A DNA stretch of 64,000 nucleotides from the NCBI RefSeq assembly GCF_021869535.1, contig NW_026262690.1:7564001-7628000 (forward strand), in the 5' to 3' direction. This document shows positions 60,473-64,000 of the stretch, one piece after another. The notes under the pieces were generated by a model. It was not told where the DNA came from, ran no database searches, and was given only the letters and a program-made list of their open reading frames with translations. Numbering within the stretch: the first letter of the stretch is position 1; each line of letters starts with the position of its first letter. Source of the DNA: Mytilus californianus (lineage: Eukaryota). Made by a program: the position numbers and the translations under genes.

Positions 60473-63400
60473 TTATCTAACAAAATCATGCAGCCATGCC
60501 GGCTGCTTGGTAACCCTGCGTGGACGCCCAGTGTAGTCTGACTCATCCCTTGAATCACTTTGAACAACAATGTTGTCCGCATTATCAGGCTCATCATTGG
60601 AAATTTCGGGCACCACACTTTCCAGCACAAAAGTATCATCTTGATTTTCGTTTTCATACATTTCTGTTTCTCCTCTCAGAAGTTGGCCCTTGCACAACCT
60701 CATTCTATCTACGTGTATAACCTGTGATCGACCACGCCTACCACAATTAATGAGATAATTAACATCCGAGTATTCTTTCAGTACCCGAAAAGGACCACGC
60801 CAGTAGGATGTAAATTTAGGAGAATGACCAGCTTTTCGAATTGGAAAGAATACATATACCTGGTCGCCTTTCTTAAATTTGCTCCAGTTTAACTGTTTGT
60901 CATAATACTTTTTCTGACGCAACATTTCCTGTCATACATGTTTTCTAACAAAGTGGTGAGCTTCTTCCATTCGTTCTTGAAGTTCCAACGCCCATTTGTT
61001 TTGTGGAATTTTCTTTAAATAATCAGGTACCTCGTACATAAGGTCCACAGGTGTAGCAACTTCGCGACCTAACATCATGCGATTAGGCGTACATCCTGTG
61101 GTCTCATGTTGAGCTGATCTATATGCCATCATAACGTAGGGCAGTAAGCAGTCCCAATTGGAATGGTGTTCATCAACATAAGCAGTCAACATTTTTGCCA
61201 ATGTGCCATTAAATCTCTCTACCATTCCGTCACACTGCGGATGATAGGGCGTGGTTCTAGTCTTGTCTATCTGTAGTAGCTGACACATTTCTTGAAATAA
61301 TTCGCTCTCAAATTGCGCGCCTTGGTCAGAGTGAACTACAGTAGGCACGCCGAAACGCGTGATAACCTCTGTTACTAATATATTGGCTACAGTAGACGCA
61401 AGCATGTTAGGCATTGGGAAGCTTTCAGTTCATTTGCTGTAATAATCGCTTATGACTAGAATATACTTTTGTCCTCTCTCGGTGTCGGGTAGTTCTCCCA
61501 ATATATCCATGTTGCAATCCTTTCCATTGGGTAACCCGATTTCTGCAGCTGCATAGGAGCCCTTTGTCGTTTATTCGGACCTATTCTTTTAGCACAGACT
61601 TCACAACCAGCTATATACGCTACTACGTCCTGTCGTAAACCAGGCCAATAGAACCTATCTTTGATTCTAGATAGTGTTTTCCTGATGCAAAGGTGGCCTG
61701 ACGTCTTGTTATCATGACACTGCGTAAGTATTCGACGTCTTTCTGTGAGGGGTACTATGACTCTACTCTTGTTGCTGTCTTTGTGTAATTTGCAAAGTAC
61801 TCCATTCTGAATTTTCAGATCATCAAACTGCGACCATAAGCTTTTAAGAACATAATTGTACTCTCCTAGATTTTTCAGGTTAGGCTTGTGTCCATCTTGT
61901 ACCCACTGTCTTACAATTTATATATTTTTGTCATTGTCTTGAAGATGTTTGAGTGATATTTCTGTGTCGTCTTTCATGTATCTTTCAAATTCATCGGACT
62001 TTGATGACACTGTATGTACAAGTTGTTGTGCCTTCCAATATGAGCTATATCCACACTGCCTACAAGGTATCCTACTTAACGCATCTGCGTTTCGGTGCTG
62101 ACTTCCTGGTCTGTGTTTTATTTTCATGTCATACGTACTCAACACCTCAAGCCATCTTGCTAATTGTCCTTCTGCGTTTTTGAAGTTTAACAACCATTGC
62201 AGATGAGCTGTGGTCGGTTCGAACGATGAATGTTCGGCCATACAGAAAATGACGAAAACTTTTGACAAAGTGTACCACTGATAAAAGTTCTTTTCTGGTG
62301 ACACAATACTTCCGTTCTGTGTTTGATAGGGTTCTGCTTCCAACAGCAATGACTCTCTCTTTCCATCAACTTCCTGTGATAGCACAGCTCCACTTCAGTA
62401 TATAGAATAAAGGGTCTAGAAAGGTCTGGATGAGCGAGAATGGGTGCTTTAGTTAGCTTTCCTTTCAAGGCTTCGAAAGCTTCCTGACATTCTTCTGTCC
62501 ATAAGAACTTCCGTCCTTTTTCGGTTAGTTGATGGAGACATTTAGCGATTTTTGCAAAATTTTCTATGTACCTCCGGTAATATCCACAAAGACCCAAGAA
62601 TGAACTTAGTTCGCTCGCATACATTGGAATGGGCCAATCTTTGATGCTCTTTAACTTTTCTTGATCCGTGGCTACCCCTTCTGCGGTAACGATATGCCCA
62701 AGAAAGTTAACTTTCTTTGCAAATAGTGTGCACTTTTTGGGCTTAAGCTTTAGGCCAGCCCCCTTCAGCCGATCAAAAACCGATCGAAGATTCTTCAGCA
62801 TCTCCTCAAAAGACTTTCCAACTACAATTATATCGTCCAGATAGACTAGACATATACTCCACTGTAGTCCCGCCAATACCCTTTCCATCAATCTTTCGAA
62901 GGTTGCTGGTGCGCAGGCCAGACCGAATGGCATCTGTCGAAATTGAAACAGTCCCCGTCGGGTGGCAGTTTTTGGGCGATCTTTCTCTTCCATTTCCACC
63001 TGCCAGTATCCCGAACACAGTTCTAAAGTAGAGAACCATTTATTTCCGGACAATTGCTCCAATGAGTCGTCAATGCAGGGTAATGGATATGCGTCTTTTA
63101 CTGTTAAATCGTTAACCTTGCGAAAATCAACGCAAAAGCGCGTAGTACCATCCTTTTTCTTTACCAGACGACCAGGGACCGTCAGCTGGTTCAATTACCC
63201 CGTGTTCCAGCATGTCATCGATATGCCTATCGACTTCCTCTCGCATTTAAATAGGTGTGTGGCGAGGCGGTTGTTTTACTTGTGCATTATTTCCTGTATT
63301 TATGTTGTGTCGCACCAAGCTAGTTCTACCTAAGTCCCTGTCGGATGCTGCAAAAAGATCTTTGTATTCATTTAGGAGATTTTCGACTCCTCGTTTTTGC

Positions 63401-64000
63401 TCCTGGCTAAGATTTCCGTTGCAAACACTCAGTAATTTTTGTAACTCAATACTCAGGTCCTGATCATTTTGTTTCACAGTAATATTTTTGTTGTCGCTTA
63501 TTACGTCCATGACAGGGCTTATATTTCCTACAATTGTCCCAGCTCTAATTATCTTCACTACATTCGATACATTCATAAAACGCAGCGGAACGGTTTCTGA
63601 AGCTTTCACTAAAGTTCTTGCCATTAAGGCGCTGTCCTTTGCTATGAATTTGTCACAGGGTTCAATGATTCCTAAGCCTACTTCATTCTTTGTTGACGGA
63701 TATTCGTTAATGTGACCTCGGACCAAAGCTTCTGTACCTGGCTGTATGCATGTATCTTCAACTACTAACACTCTATAACAACCAAGCTGTCCAGTGAAGT
63801 TCAGTGGTATCTTCTGGTTATGGCAAACCATATGTTCTTCTTGTAAATTAATCAGCCATCCATTTTCTCTTAGAAAATCTAAACCAATTATACCCTCTAT
63901 AGCAAGATCCGCTACTACTGCCTCTGATAGGTATTCCTTTTGTTCAATCCAAATGTGAAATTCTCCTTTTCCAACAACGTTTAGTTCAGTTCCGTTTGTT
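60473..64000 (-). pseudogene. Ty3/Gypsy pol (protease C-half, RT, RNase H, integrase), frameshifted; runs off the window end
   Basis: GIIGLDFL; FCVDFRKVN..MPFGL..VYLDDII; HRPGSQHRNADALSR; IN HHCC; HSDQGAQFES..GMVERFN; GPY/F-like YWRGPFRV; terminal KQPAWL. The order PR-RT-RH-IN is that of Gypsy. Confidence 0.93.

Overview
AT-rich, intron-containing animal genomic DNA. The repeat families resemble those of mytilid bivalves, but that assignment is an inference. The host content is a cluster of at least four SLC46-family (PCFT/SLC46A3-like) MFS transporter loci that share one exon plan: a large first coding exon, then 84-bp and 157-bp exons. Copy A (minus) is a pseudogene. Copy B (plus) is intact except for one homopolymer frameshift. 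Copy C (plus) is disrupted and preceded by a duplicated, in-frame-shortened first exon. Copy D (minus) shows only exon 3. There is also a two-exon remnant of a divergent eEF1A-like gene with a novel C-terminal tail. The rest is nested mobile DNA: two halves of one old Gypsy family at the window ends, a very young non-autonomous Gypsy with a double in-frame pol deletion, a Naiad-type Penelope-like element, a Ngaro/DIRS-type tyrosine-recombinase retroelement with an SGNH ORF, Kolobok-like and hAT-like MITEs, a long inverted-repeat element, a tRNA-derived SINE, hammerhead-like motifs, palindromes and tandem repeats. The most striking structural signal is that the two ends of the window fit together as one Gypsy insertion in one split target site inside one transporter intron. 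This implies a tandem unit of about 64 kb, a circular permutation, or an assembly artefact. All alignments and counts were done by eye.
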